A stretch of 64,000 nt of DNA, taken from the sequence record PV357171.2, one strand, 5' to 3'. A model generated the notes under the pieces. That model did no database searches and was not told the origin of the DNA. It saw only the letters and a program-made list of their open reading frames with translations. Within the stretch, counting starts at the first letter, position 1, and the number at the start of each line of letters is the position of its first letter. The stretch is from a phage. Shown here one piece after another: positions 1-9,371 of the stretch. The position numbers and the translations under genes were made by a program.

Positions 1-323
1 AAACAACTATTAATAACTTGATTGTTAATGGTGATGGTGCTACTAATGCTGTAACCGCAATTACTGTTAAATCTGCTGGTGATGCTACTACAGTAAACAA
101 CTCGGCTACTCTTCAAATGAGTGTTGAAGTTACTCCTCCTTCCGCAAAGAATAAGGAAGTTACTTGGGCTATCACCGCCGGTGATGCAGCCACAATTGAT
201 CCAGAATCTGGCCTATTAACTGCGGACACCACTAAAACTGGTGAAGTAACTGTAGAAGCTACTGCTAAAGATGGTTCTGGAGTTAAAGGTACTAAACAGA
301 TTACTGTAGCAGCAGGTGGCTAA
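1..323 (+). CDS. tail tube protein, C-terminal Ig-like (Big_2-type) domain; 5' end lies upstream of window
   Basis: Frame open back to window start; Thr/Ala/Val-rich beta-strand pattern typical of bacterial Ig-like domains; position just upstream of chaperones and tape measure gene. Confidence 0.55.
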   Translation, partial: TTINNLIVNGDGATNAVTAITVKSAGDATTVNNSATLQMSVEVTPPSAKNKEVTWAITAGDAATIDPESGLLTADTTKTGEVTVEATAKDGSGVKGTKQITVAAGG

Positions 324-327
324 TTAA

Positions 328-1227
328 ATGTACTACTCTCTAATGAGAGAGTCAAAAGTTATAGTTGAGTATGATGGTAGGGCATTTCATTTTGATGCCC
401 TATCAAACTATGATATACAGACTTCCTACGAGGAATTCAAGACTCTTCGTAGGACTGTTCATCGTAGAACTAACTATGCAGACTCTATTATAAATGCTCA
501 AACCCCCTCTTCTATCTCTCTAGCAGTAAATTTCAGTAATACTCTTACTGAGGCTAACTTCTTTGAATGGTTAGGTTTTGATAGAAAAGGTAATACTTTC
601 TTACTCCCGCTATATAGTAGTAATATTGAACCTATTATGTTCAATATCTATATAGTAAATAAAGATAATAACTGTGTATATTTTGAAAACTGTTATGTAT
701 CTACAGTAGATTTTTCTTTAGATAAGAACATACCAATTCTTAATGTTGGTATTGAGTCTGGGAAATTCTCAGAAGTATCTACGTATAGAGAAGCAGCTTC
801 TATTATACAGGGTGAAGTAATGTCTTACAGCCCAGTAATAGCTTCTACTAATGGCAGCATCTTACCCGGTCTTATTTCTGCCTCTTTATCTTTCCAGCAG
901 CAGTGCTCCTGGAGAGAGGATAAGAGTGTTTTTGATATAAATAAAATTTATAATAATAAAAGAGCCTATGTAACTGAAATGAATGCTTCGGCAACCATTT
1001 CTCTGTACTACTTAAAACGTTTTGCAGGAGATATGGTTTATAATATAGAACCGGAGACAGATGTACCTTTAATGATAAGAAATAATAATATTTCTATAGA
1101 TTTTCCTTCAGCACGTATTACAAAACGCCTAGAGTTCTCAGATGTGTATAGAGTTGAGTGGGATATTATACCTATTGCTTCTTCAGACCCAGTGAGAATA
1201 GATTTCTTTGGAGAAATTAAAAAATGA
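328..1227 (+). CDS. putative tail structural protein (p140-like position)
   Basis: 299-aa ORF between tail tube and chaperone-like genes; call is by synteny only. Confidence 0.4.
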   Translation: MYYSLMRESKVIVEYDGRAFHFDALSNYDIQTSYEEFKTLRRTVHRRTNYADSIINAQTPSSISLAVNFSNTLTEANFFEWLGFDRKGNTFLLPLYSSNIEPIMFNIYIVNKDNNCVYFENCYVSTVDFSLDKNIPILNVGIESGKFSEVSTYREAASIIQGEVMSYSPVIASTNGSILPGLISASLSFQQQCSWREDKSVFDINKIYNNKRAYVTEMNASATISLYYLKRFAGDMVYNIEPETDVPLMIRNNNISIDFPSARITKRLEFSDVYRVEWDIIPIASSDPVRIDFFGEIKK

Positions 1228-1628
1228 TTAATTTAAAAGATATTACTCTTGATACTCGTACTATTACTCTTTCCTACCCAGGTATGCCGAACTTTAAACT
1301 AGAACTTAACTATATGTCTCGTGCTACCTCTAAACGTGTTATTTCTTCTGCTAAACGCGATGAATGGGTTAATGGTACTTTGGTTCAGGTACAGGATGAT
1401 GATAAGTTCATTGAAGCCTTTGTTGACGCAGCTATTAAAGGTTGGACTGGTTTGACTGTAGGTGACGTTGAAAAACTGATGCTGATTGAAACAGACGCTG
1501 ATCCTGCTACTGAAGTTCCATTTAGTCGTGATAATGCTGTAATGCTTATGCAGAACTCTGCTGCGTTTGATTCTTGGATCAACCAGACAGTGTTCCATTT
1601 AGACACTTTTCGTAGCTCAAAAGCGTAA
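1224..1628 (+). CDS. putative tail assembly chaperone
   Basis: 134-aa ORF, start overlaps upstream stop (ATGA), sits just upstream of tape measure gene. Confidence 0.4.
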   Translation: MINLKDITLDTRTITLSYPGMPNFKLELNYMSRATSKRVISSAKRDEWVNGTLVQVQDDDKFIEAFVDAAIKGWTGLTVGDVEKLMLIETDADPATEVPFSRDNAVMLMQNSAAFDSWINQTVFHLDTFRSSKA

Positions 1629-1689
1629 AGAATTACTAGATGCTGTTGCTGACTTTGCTGATAAATGTATTAAAAGCTCAGCATCTAAA

Positions 1690-2058
1690 ATGACTAAACA
1701 ACAATATTTAATACTTTGTGAATCAATGGGTATAGAACCTGATCCTAAGGCTATGCCTGTTGAACTTGAAGACTTTCCACCTATTGTAGCTATTAGTATG
1801 AATATTTATAATAGTCTAGTTGACTGTTTCATACCTGGCGACTTTCCTATATTTATAGGTAAAGACAAGGCTGCTTTAGGTGTTTTATTCGATATTTATG
1901 GGATTACTGATCCCATAGAAAAAGAATTTGTTCTACACATTATCAATATATTTGATTCTAAAGCTGTAGACGCTGCACGTAAACGTGCTGAGAAGCATAA
2001 GCCGCAAAACGGTAGAATACCTAACGTTAAGCCACATGCTAAATCTCGAGCACGGTAA
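1690..2058 (+). CDS. putative tail assembly chaperone
   Basis: 122-aa ORF directly upstream of tape measure gene, followed by terminator hairpin. Confidence 0.4.
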   Translation: MTKQQYLILCESMGIEPDPKAMPVELEDFPPIVAISMNIYNSLVDCFIPGDFPIFIGKDKAALGVLFDIYGITDPIEKEFVLHIINIFDSKAVDAARKRAEKHKPQNGRIPNVKPHAKSRAR

Positions 2059-2093
2059 AAGTTTCCTCCAATGGGCGTTCCACGATGAGGCTT

Positions 2094-2124
2094 GGCTCTG
2101 GGTGATTTGCCCAGAGCCTTTTTT
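2094..2124 (+). terminator. rho-independent terminator
   Basis: 9-bp stem GGCTCTGGG / CCCAGAGCC, 7-nt loop, then TTTTTT. Confidence 0.7.
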
Positions 2125-2141
2125 ATTGGGAAAAATAAAAT

Positions 2142-5100
2142 ATGACTGATAAGCTAATACGAGAATTACTAATAGACGTTAAACAGAAGGGGGCAACCCG
2201 TACTGCAAAGTCTATTGAAAACGTATCTGATGCATTAGAGAACGCTGCTGCTGCTTCTGAACTAACAAATGAACAGTTAGGTAAAATGCCCAAAACTCTA
2301 TACTCCATTGAGAGGGCAGCAGATAGAGCAGCGAAAAGTCTTACTAAAATGCAAGCTAGCAGAGGTATGCTTAGTATTACTAAATCTATTAATGATATAG
2401 GAGCTAAGTTAGATGATCTCGCTATTACAATGATTGAAGTAGCAGATAAATTAGAAATCGGATTTGATGGAGTTTCTAGATCTGTTAAAACAATGGGCAA
2501 TGATGTTGCAGCTGCAACAGAGAAAGTTCAAGATAGGCTGTATGATACTAATAGAGCCTTAGGTGGTACAGCTAGAGGTTTTAATGATACTACTGGTGCC
2601 GCTGGTAGAGCTTCTAGAGCTATCGGTAATACCTCTGGCTCAGCACGCGGTGCAACTCGTGATTTCGCGGCAATGGCTAAGATAGGGGGTGGTTTACCTA
2701 TCCTGTATGCTGCAATTGCATCTAATATATTTGTTCTTCAGTCCGCTTTTGAGGGCCTAAAAGTAGGTGATCAATTAAACAGACTGGAACATTTTGGCAC
2801 TATCGTTGGGACTATAACGGGTACACCAGTACAGACGTTAGCTCTGGCACTACAAAACGCTACTAACGGTGCTGTATCCTTTGAAGAAGCTATGAGACAA
2901 GCGTCTTCTGCTTCAGCTTATGGATTTGATAGTAAACAATTAGAACAGTTCGGACTAGTAGCCCGTCGTGCTGCTGCTGTTCTTGGTGTTGACATGACCG
3001 ACGCACTTAACCGTGTAATTAAAGGCGTATCTAAGCAAGAAATAGAACTTCTAGACGAACTTGGTGTTACTATTCGCCTTAACGATGCGTATGCAAATTA
3101 TGTTAAACAGCTAAATGCTACCAGTACAGGCATTAAATATACTGTAGATAGCCTGACTACCTACCAGAGACAACAAGCATATGCAAATGAAGTTATAGCA
3201 GAATCTACTAGACGTTTCGGATACCTAGATGATGCTCTTAAGTCAACTTCTTGGGAGCTATTTGCTGCTAATGCTAACTCTGCCCTAAGAAGCCTACAAC
3301 AAAGCGCAGCAACATACTTAACCCCTGTTGTAGACACCATCAATGCTTTCTTATATCAAACTAAATCTTCTCAGATGAGGATTTCCGCAATGGCACGCAG
3401 TGCCTCTGCTAAAACCACTCCTACTGAAAATGTTACGGCTCTCATAGAAAACGCTGTAGGTGCACAAGAAGATCTAGATACTTACCTTAAAGAAAGTGAT
3501 GCTCGTGTTAAGAAAGCTCAAGAGATTAAACAGCAGTTAGATGATCTCAAGGCAAAACAAGCTGTTACTGCTCCAGTAGCTAACGCACTTACTGCTGTGG
3601 GCATTGGAGGCGATGAAAGTAATAAATTAGTAGTACAACTTACTAATGAACTGGCTCGTCAAAACCAAGAAATAGCAGAACGCGCTAAAACCGAAAAAGT
3701 TCTCAAACAAGCAGTGGAAGATACTGGGCAAGCCTTACTGCGTAATAGTAATCTAGCTAAGCAATTAGGAGCCAATATGCAGTATGCTGCCACTGCTATT
3801 CCTGGAGAGACCGGGGTATTTAAGATTGATCCTAATAATCTTAAAGCGGCTGCAGAGGTACAGAAGAACTATGACCAGCTAAAGAAAAGCTCTAGTGATA
3901 CTGCAAATAATATAAAAATGGCAGCTACTAACATTACCACTGCCAAAAAAGCATCAGGTGACTTAGTTAGCATTATAAAAGCAGTAGGAGATACTGCTAA
4001 GGTAACAGGGCAAAATACAGATACTCTAGTTAAAAATCTGAATCTAGGCTTTGAAAATCTAGATCAAATGAAGGCTGCGCAGAAAGGTCTATCAGAATAT
4101 GTAACTGCTATGGATAAGAATGAGCAGAATGCACTGGAAGTAGCTAAACGTAAAGACGAGGTTTATAACCAGACTAAAGACAAAGCTAAAGCGGAGGCAG
4201 CAGCTAGAGAGGTGCTACTACGTCAGCAACAGGAACAGCTCACAGCAGCAAAAGCACTACTGGCTGTTAATCCAAACGATCCAGAGGCTCTAAAGCAGGT
4301 AGCTAAGATAGAAACAGAGATTCTTAATACTAAAGCTCAGGGATTTGAGAACGCTAAGAAAACTAAAGATCTGACAGATAAAATTCTTGGTGTAGATCGT
4401 GAGATAGCTCTCCTGAATGACCGCACTATGACGAGTACTCAGTATCGTCTAGCACAATTAAGGCTAGAGCTACAATTAGAGCAGGAAAAAACGGAATTAT
4501 ATTCTAAACAAGCGGATGGCCAAGCTAAAGCAGAACAGTCTAGACGTGCCCAAGCACAAATAAGTAGAGAACTGTGGGAAGCAGAGAAACAAGCTACTGC
4601 CTCGCATGTGTCAGCTCTCATGGATGCCTTAGAAGTTAACCAAACTCAGAGAAATGTCACTGGTCAATCCCAGATTCTTACTGAAAGGTTATCCATTCTG
4701 CAACAACAGCTGGAGTTGTCTAAAGGTAATACTGAAGAAGAAATTAAATATCGTAATGAGATTTATAAAACTTCAGCAGCCTTAGAACAGCTTAAAAAGC
4801 AAAGAGAGAGTCAGATGCAGCAACAGGTAGGATCTTCATTAGGTGCTGTGTACACTCCTACAACTGGTCTATCTGGGGCAGATAAAGATTTTGCTGATAT
4901 GCAGAATAAGATGGCTTCTTATGACCAGGCTATTTCTAAGCTGTCTGAGTTAAATTCCGAAGCAACAGCTGTAGGTCAAAGCCTTGGTAATTTAACTAAT
5001 GCTATGATTCATTTCTCACGGGGATCTCTAGATACTACGTCTATGATTGCGGCAGGTATGCAAGCTGTATCTTCCGTAATTCAGTATAGTACTAGCCAGC

Positions 5101-5801
5101 AGGTAAGTGCTATTGATGCAGCTATTGCAGCAGAGCAAAAACGTGATGGTAAATCCGAGGAGTCTAAAGCTAAACTCAAGAAACTGGAAGCGGAAAAGGT
5201 TAAGATCCAGCAGGATGCAGCTAAGAAGCAAATCATTATTCAGACGGCAGTAGCAGTAATGCAAGCGGCAACAGCTGTACCATACCCGTTCTCTATTCCT
5301 TTGATGGTGGCGGCAGGTTTGGCAGGTGCGTTGTCTCTTGCTCAAGCATCTTCTGCATCGAGTATGTCAAGTATTGCTGATTCTGGAGCGGATACAACAA
5401 GTTATTTAACCTTAGGAGAGCGTCAAAAGAATATAGATGTGTCCATGTCTGCTAATGCAGGTGAACTATCTTATATCCGAGGCGATAAAGGAATAGGCGG
5501 TGCTAACTCTTTCGTTCCTCGTGCTGAGGGTGGTAATATGTACCCAGGGGTTAGTTACCAAATGGGTGAACATGGTACAGAAGTAGTTACCCCTATGGTT
5601 CCTATGAAAGCTACACCTAATGATGAGCTAAAAACCTCATCTAACTCAACTTCAGGAAGACCTATCATCTTGAATATTAGTGCTATGGATGCTGCAAGTT
5701 TCAGAGAGTTTGCTTCTAGTAATAGTAGTGCTCTAAGAGACGCAGTAGAATTAGCTCTGAATGAGAACGGTGCTAGTCTGAAAACATTAGGAAATTCTTA
5801 A
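2142..5801 (+). CDS. tail tape measure protein (pb2-like, 1219 aa)
   Basis: Very long Ala/Gln/Lys-rich coiled-coil ORF with hydrophobic segment and C-terminal Gly-rich region; length matches T5 pb2. Confidence 0.85.
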   Translation: MTDKLIRELLIDVKQKGATRTAKSIENVSDALENAAAASELTNEQLGKMPKTLYSIERAADRAAKSLTKMQASRGMLSITKSINDIGAKLDDLAITMIEVADKLEIGFDGVSRSVKTMGNDVAAATEKVQDRLYDTNRALGGTARGFNDTTGAAGRASRAIGNTSGSARGATRDFAAMAKIGGGLPILYAAIASNIFVLQSAFEGLKVGDQLNRLEHFGTIVGTITGTPVQTLALALQNATNGAVSFEEAMRQASSASAYGFDSKQLEQFGLVARRAAAVLGVDMTDALNRVIKGVSKQEIELLDELGVTIRLNDAYANYVKQLNATSTGIKYTVDSLTTYQRQQAYANEVIAESTRRFGYLDDALKSTSWELFAANANSALRSLQQSAATYLTPVVDTINAFLYQTKSSQMRISAMARSASAKTTPTENVTALIENAVGAQEDLDTYLKESDARVKKAQEIKQQLDDLKAKQAVTAPVANALTAVGIGGDESNKLVVQLTNELARQNQEIAERAKTEKVLKQAVEDTGQALLRNSNLAKQLGANMQYAATAIPGETGVFKIDPNNLKAAAEVQKNYDQLKKSSSDTANNIKMAATNITTAKKASGDLVSIIKAVGDTAKVTGQNTDTLVKNLNLGFENLDQMKAAQKGLSEYVTAMDKNEQNALEVAKRKDEVYNQTKDKAKAEAAAREVLLRQQQEQLTAAKALLAVNPNDPEALKQVAKIETEILNTKAQGFENAKKTKDLTDKILGVDREIALLNDRTMTSTQYRLAQLRLELQLEQEKTELYSKQADGQAKAEQSRRAQAQISRELWEAEKQATASHVSALMDALEVNQTQRNVTGQSQILTERLSILQQQLELSKGNTEEEIKYRNEIYKTSAALEQLKKQRESQMQQQVGSSLGAVYTPTTGLSGADKDFADMQNKMASYDQAISKLSELNSEATAVGQSLGNLTNAMIHFSRGSLDTTSMIAAGMQAVSSVIQYSTSQQVSAIDAAIAAEQKRDGKSEESKAKLKKLEAEKVKIQQDAAKKQIIIQTAVAVMQAATAVPYPFSIPLMVAAGLAGALSLAQASSASSMSSIADSGADTTSYLTLGERQKNIDVSMSANAGELSYIRGDKGIGGANSFVPRAEGGNMYPGVSYQMGEHGTEVVTPMVPMKATPNDELKTSSNSTSGRPIILNISAMDAASFREFASSNSSALRDAVELALNENGASLKTLGNS

Positions 5802-5808
5802 AACTGGA

Positions 5809-5835
5809 GGAGGACTTTGAGTCCTCCTTTTCTTT
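5809..5835 (+). terminator. rho-independent terminator after tape measure gene
   Basis: Stem GGAGGAC / GTCCTCC, loop TTTGA, then T-run. Confidence 0.65.
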
Positions 5836-5854
5836 ATGGAAAAATAAAAATTTC

Positions 5855-5883
5855 TTGATAAAATTTTCTAATACTATTATAAT
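5855..5883 (+). promoter_or_regulatory. sigma70-like promoter (TTGATA, 17 bp, TATAAT)
   Basis: Near-consensus -35 and -10 hexamers with 17-bp spacer upstream of Dit gene. Confidence 0.5.
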
Positions 5884-5910
5884 ATTGTTATTAAAGAGGA
5901 GAAATTAACT

Positions 5911-6525
5911 ATGAGATTACCAGACCCATACACGAATCCAGAACTTTCAGGCTTAGGATTCGAAAGTGTTAACCTGATTGATAATGACCCAGTAATTCGT
6001 GATGAGTTACCAAATGGTAAAGTTAACGAAGTTAAGGTATCTGCTCAATACTGGGGTATAAATATTTCTTATCCAGAATTATTTCCAGATGAATATAGTG
6101 TTCTAGATGCTTTTATTCTAGAATACAAAAGGACTGGTGGTTATATAGATGTTATATTACCCCAATACGAAGCTTTTAGAGTTAGAGGTAATACTAGTCT
6201 AGTAAATATACCTGCTGGACAGAAGGGTTCTAATATAACTATGGATACAAAAGGGCTTCTTACAGGTACTCCAAAACCGGGGGATCTATTTAAGCTGTCT
6301 AGCCACCCAAAAGTATATAAAATAACATCATTTAACAAATCAGGTAATACATGGTCTATAAACTTATACCCTGATTTATTTATAACTACTACTGGAGCGG
6401 AGAAGCCAGTATTCAATGGAATACTATTTAGAACAAAACTCATGAATGGTGATGCTTTTGGATCTACACTAAATAATAACGGAACATACTCCAACATCTC
6501 ATTAAATTTACGGGAAAGTCTATGA
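5911..6525 (+). CDS. distal tail protein Dit (pb9-like, 204 aa)
   Basis: 204-aa ORF immediately after tape measure gene; canonical Dit position and size. Confidence 0.6.
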   Translation: MRLPDPYTNPELSGLGFESVNLIDNDPVIRDELPNGKVNEVKVSAQYWGINISYPELFPDEYSVLDAFILEYKRTGGYIDVILPQYEAFRVRGNTSLVNIPAGQKGSNITMDTKGLLTGTPKPGDLFKLSSHPKVYKITSFNKSGNTWSINLYPDLFITTTGAEKPVFNGILFRTKLMNGDAFGSTLNNNGTYSNISLNLRESL

Positions 6526-9371
6526 AAAAAATATTAGATAGTGCTAGAAACTACTTAAAAAATAATAGCAGAATAAAAACTGCTAGTCTAATTTCTCTAG
6601 AATTACCCGGCTCTACTGGTACTAGTACTGCTTTTATTTACTTAACTGACTATTTTAGAGATGTACTATATAATGGTATTTTGTACCAGGCCGGTAAAGT
6701 TAAGTCTATTAGCACACATAAACAAAATAGAGATTTATCTATTGGCAGCCTATCTTTTACTATTACAGGTACAGCGCAGGATGAAGTACTGAAATTAGTG
6801 CAGAATGGTGTGTCTTTTTTAGATAGATTAGTATCAATTCACCAAGCAATTATTACAGAAGATGGTTCTATTTTACCTGTAGACCCAGACACAAATGGGC
6901 CTTTATTATACTTTAGAGGTAGAATTACTGGTGGAGGTATTAAGGATAATATTAGCACTTCGGGAGTTGGAACCTCCACAATTACTTGGAATTGTTCTAA
7001 CCAATTCTATGATTTTGATAGGGTTAATGGTAGATTTACTGATGATGCTTCTCATAGAGGGCTTGAAGTTGTAGCAGGGCAATTAGTTCCATCTAACGGG
7101 GCTAAAAGACTTGAGTATCAAGAAGATTATGGGTTCTTTCATGCCAATAAAAGTATCTCTATTCTAGCAAAATATCAGGTACAGGAAGAAAGATACAAGC
7201 TAAAGTCTAAGAAAAAGCTATTTGGCCTATCTAGAAGTTATAGTCTTAAAAAGTATTATGAGACTGTTACTAAAGAAGTAGATATAGATTTTAACCTTGC
7301 TGCTAAGTATCTACCAGTAGTTTATGGTGTACAGAAAATACCGGGAATACCTATTTTTGCGGATACGGAATTACACAATCCTAATATAGTTTACGTAGTA
7401 TATGCTTTTGCTGAAGGAGAGATAGACGGTTTTCTTGACTTTTCCTTTGGGGATAACCCTATGATTTGTATGGACTCTAATGATAGCTCTGCTAGAACCT
7501 GTTTCGGTGTTAAAAAAGTAGCCGGAGACACCATGCAAAGAATAGCATCAGGAACACCTTCTAGTAGTCCTTCCGTGCATGGGCAGGAGTATAAGTATAA
7601 TGATGGGAATGGTGACATAAGAATTTGGACGTATCATGGAAAACCTGACCAAACGGCTTCTGAAGTACTAGTAGATATAGCTAAAGAACGTGGGTTCTAC
7701 CTTCAGAATATGAATGGCAATGGACCGGAGTACTGGGATGCTAGGTATAAACTACTAGATACTGCATACGCAGTGGTGCGCTTCACTATTAATGAAAATA
7801 GGACTGAGATTCCTGAAGTTAGTGCTGAAATTCAAGGTAAAAAAGTAAAAGTCTATCATTCTGATGGTAGAGTAACTGCTAATAGTACTAGTTTAAATGG
7901 TATTTGGCAAACACTTGATTACTTAACCTCTGATAGATATGGCGCTAATATTACCATTGATCAGTTCCCCCTTCAGCAATTAATACAGGAAGCAGATATT
8001 TTAGATATTATAGATGAATCCTATCAGGTATCTTGGCAGCCATATTGGAGATACGTTGGGTGGACTGATCCACTAGCAGAAAATAGACAAATAGTACAAA
8101 TGAATACTATTCTGGATACATCTGAATCAGTATTTAAAAATGTGCAAGGTTTGTTAGAGTCCTATGGTGGGGCTATTAACAATTTATCTGGCCAGTATAG
8201 GGTTACTGTAGAAAAATACTCTAATACTCCATTAGAGATTAATTTTCTAGACACTTACGGTGATTTGGAGCTATCTGATACTACCGGTAGAAATAAATTC
8301 AACTCAGTTCAAGCATCTATTGTGGATCCCGCCCTTAGCTGGAAAACTAATTCCATTACCTTCTATAATTCCAAGTATAAGGAACAGGACAAAAACCTGG
8401 ATAAAAAACTACAATTATCTTTTGCAAATATAACTAACTACTATACTGCTAGAAGTTTTGCAGACAGAGAACTTAAGAAATCTAGGTATTCTAGAACCCT
8501 CTCATTCTCTTTACCATATCAATTCATTGGTATTGAGCCTAACGATGCTATTGCATTTACATACGACCGTTACGGATGGGATAAGAAGTACTTTTTAGTA
8601 GATGAAGTAGAAAACTCTAGAGAAGGAAAGATAAATGTTACTCTACAGGAATATGGTGAAGATGTATTTATCAACTCTGATCAAGTAGATAATAGTGGTA
8701 ATGATATACCAGATATTAGTAACAACGTTCTTCCTCCTAGGGATTTTAAATATACTCCTACACCCGGTGGTTTAGTTGGTTCTATAGGAAAAAATGGTGA
8801 GTTATCTTGGCTTCCAAGCTTAACTAATAACGTAGTTTATTATTCTATCGTACATTCCGGTCATGCTGAGCCTTATACTGTGCAGCAACTAGAAACAAAT
8901 CCCAATGAACGCATGATCCAAGAGATAATTGGAGAGCCTGCAGGCTTAGCGATATTTGAAATAAGAGCTGTGGATATAAACGGTAGAAGAAGTTCTCCAG
9001 TAACATTATCTATAGAACTTAACTCTGCTAAAAACCTAAGTGTAGTATCTAATTTTAGGGTAACTAATACGGCTTCCGGGGATGTAACTGAATTTGTAGG
9101 CCCAGATGTAAAACTAGCTTGGGATAGGATACCGGAAGAAGATATAATAGAAAGTATATTCTATACTCTGGAAATCTATGATTCCCAGAATAGAATGCTA
9201 AGAAGTGTACGTATTGAAAATCAGTATACTTATGACTATTTATTAATGTATAATAAGGCAGATTTTGCTCTTCATAACAGTGATGCTCTAGGAATCAATA
9301 GAAAACTATATTTTCGTATTAGAGCAGAAGGAGATGATGGGGAACAGTCTGTGGAGTGGGCATCCATTTAA
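6522..9371 (+). CDS. baseplate hub / Tal-like protein (pb3-like, 949 aa)
   Basis: 949-aa ORF following Dit, start overlaps Dit stop; synteny and size match T5 pb3. Confidence 0.6.
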   Translation: MKKILDSARNYLKNNSRIKTASLISLELPGSTGTSTAFIYLTDYFRDVLYNGILYQAGKVKSISTHKQNRDLSIGSLSFTITGTAQDEVLKLVQNGVSFLDRLVSIHQAIITEDGSILPVDPDTNGPLLYFRGRITGGGIKDNISTSGVGTSTITWNCSNQFYDFDRVNGRFTDDASHRGLEVVAGQLVPSNGAKRLEYQEDYGFFHANKSISILAKYQVQEERYKLKSKKKLFGLSRSYSLKKYYETVTKEVDIDFNLAAKYLPVVYGVQKIPGIPIFADTELHNPNIVYVVYAFAEGEIDGFLDFSFGDNPMICMDSNDSSARTCFGVKKVAGDTMQRIASGTPSSSPSVHGQEYKYNDGNGDIRIWTYHGKPDQTASEVLVDIAKERGFYLQNMNGNGPEYWDARYKLLDTAYAVVRFTINENRTEIPEVSAEIQGKKVKVYHSDGRVTANSTSLNGIWQTLDYLTSDRYGANITIDQFPLQQLIQEADILDIIDESYQVSWQPYWRYVGWTDPLAENRQIVQMNTILDTSESVFKNVQGLLESYGGAINNLSGQYRVTVEKYSNTPLEINFLDTYGDLELSDTTGRNKFNSVQASIVDPALSWKTNSITFYNSKYKEQDKNLDKKLQLSFANITNYYTARSFADRELKKSRYSRTLSFSLPYQFIGIEPNDAIAFTYDRYGWDKKYFLVDEVENSREGKINVTLQEYGEDVFINSDQVDNSGNDIPDISNNVLPPRDFKYTPTPGGLVGSIGKNGELSWLPSLTNNVVYYSIVHSGHAEPYTVQQLETNPNERMIQEIIGEPAGLAIFEIRAVDINGRRSSPVTLSIELNSAKNLSVVSNFRVTNTASGDVTEFVGPDVKLAWDRIPEEDIIESIFYTLEIYDSQNRMLRSVRIENQYTYDYLLMYNKADFALHNSDALGINRKLYFRIRAEGDDGEQSVEWASI

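Noticed and set aside
2123-2500. 125-aa minus-strand ORF overlapping the start of the tape measure gene
   Set aside because: Antisense to the start of a strongly supported plus-strand gene within a plus-strand-only late block.
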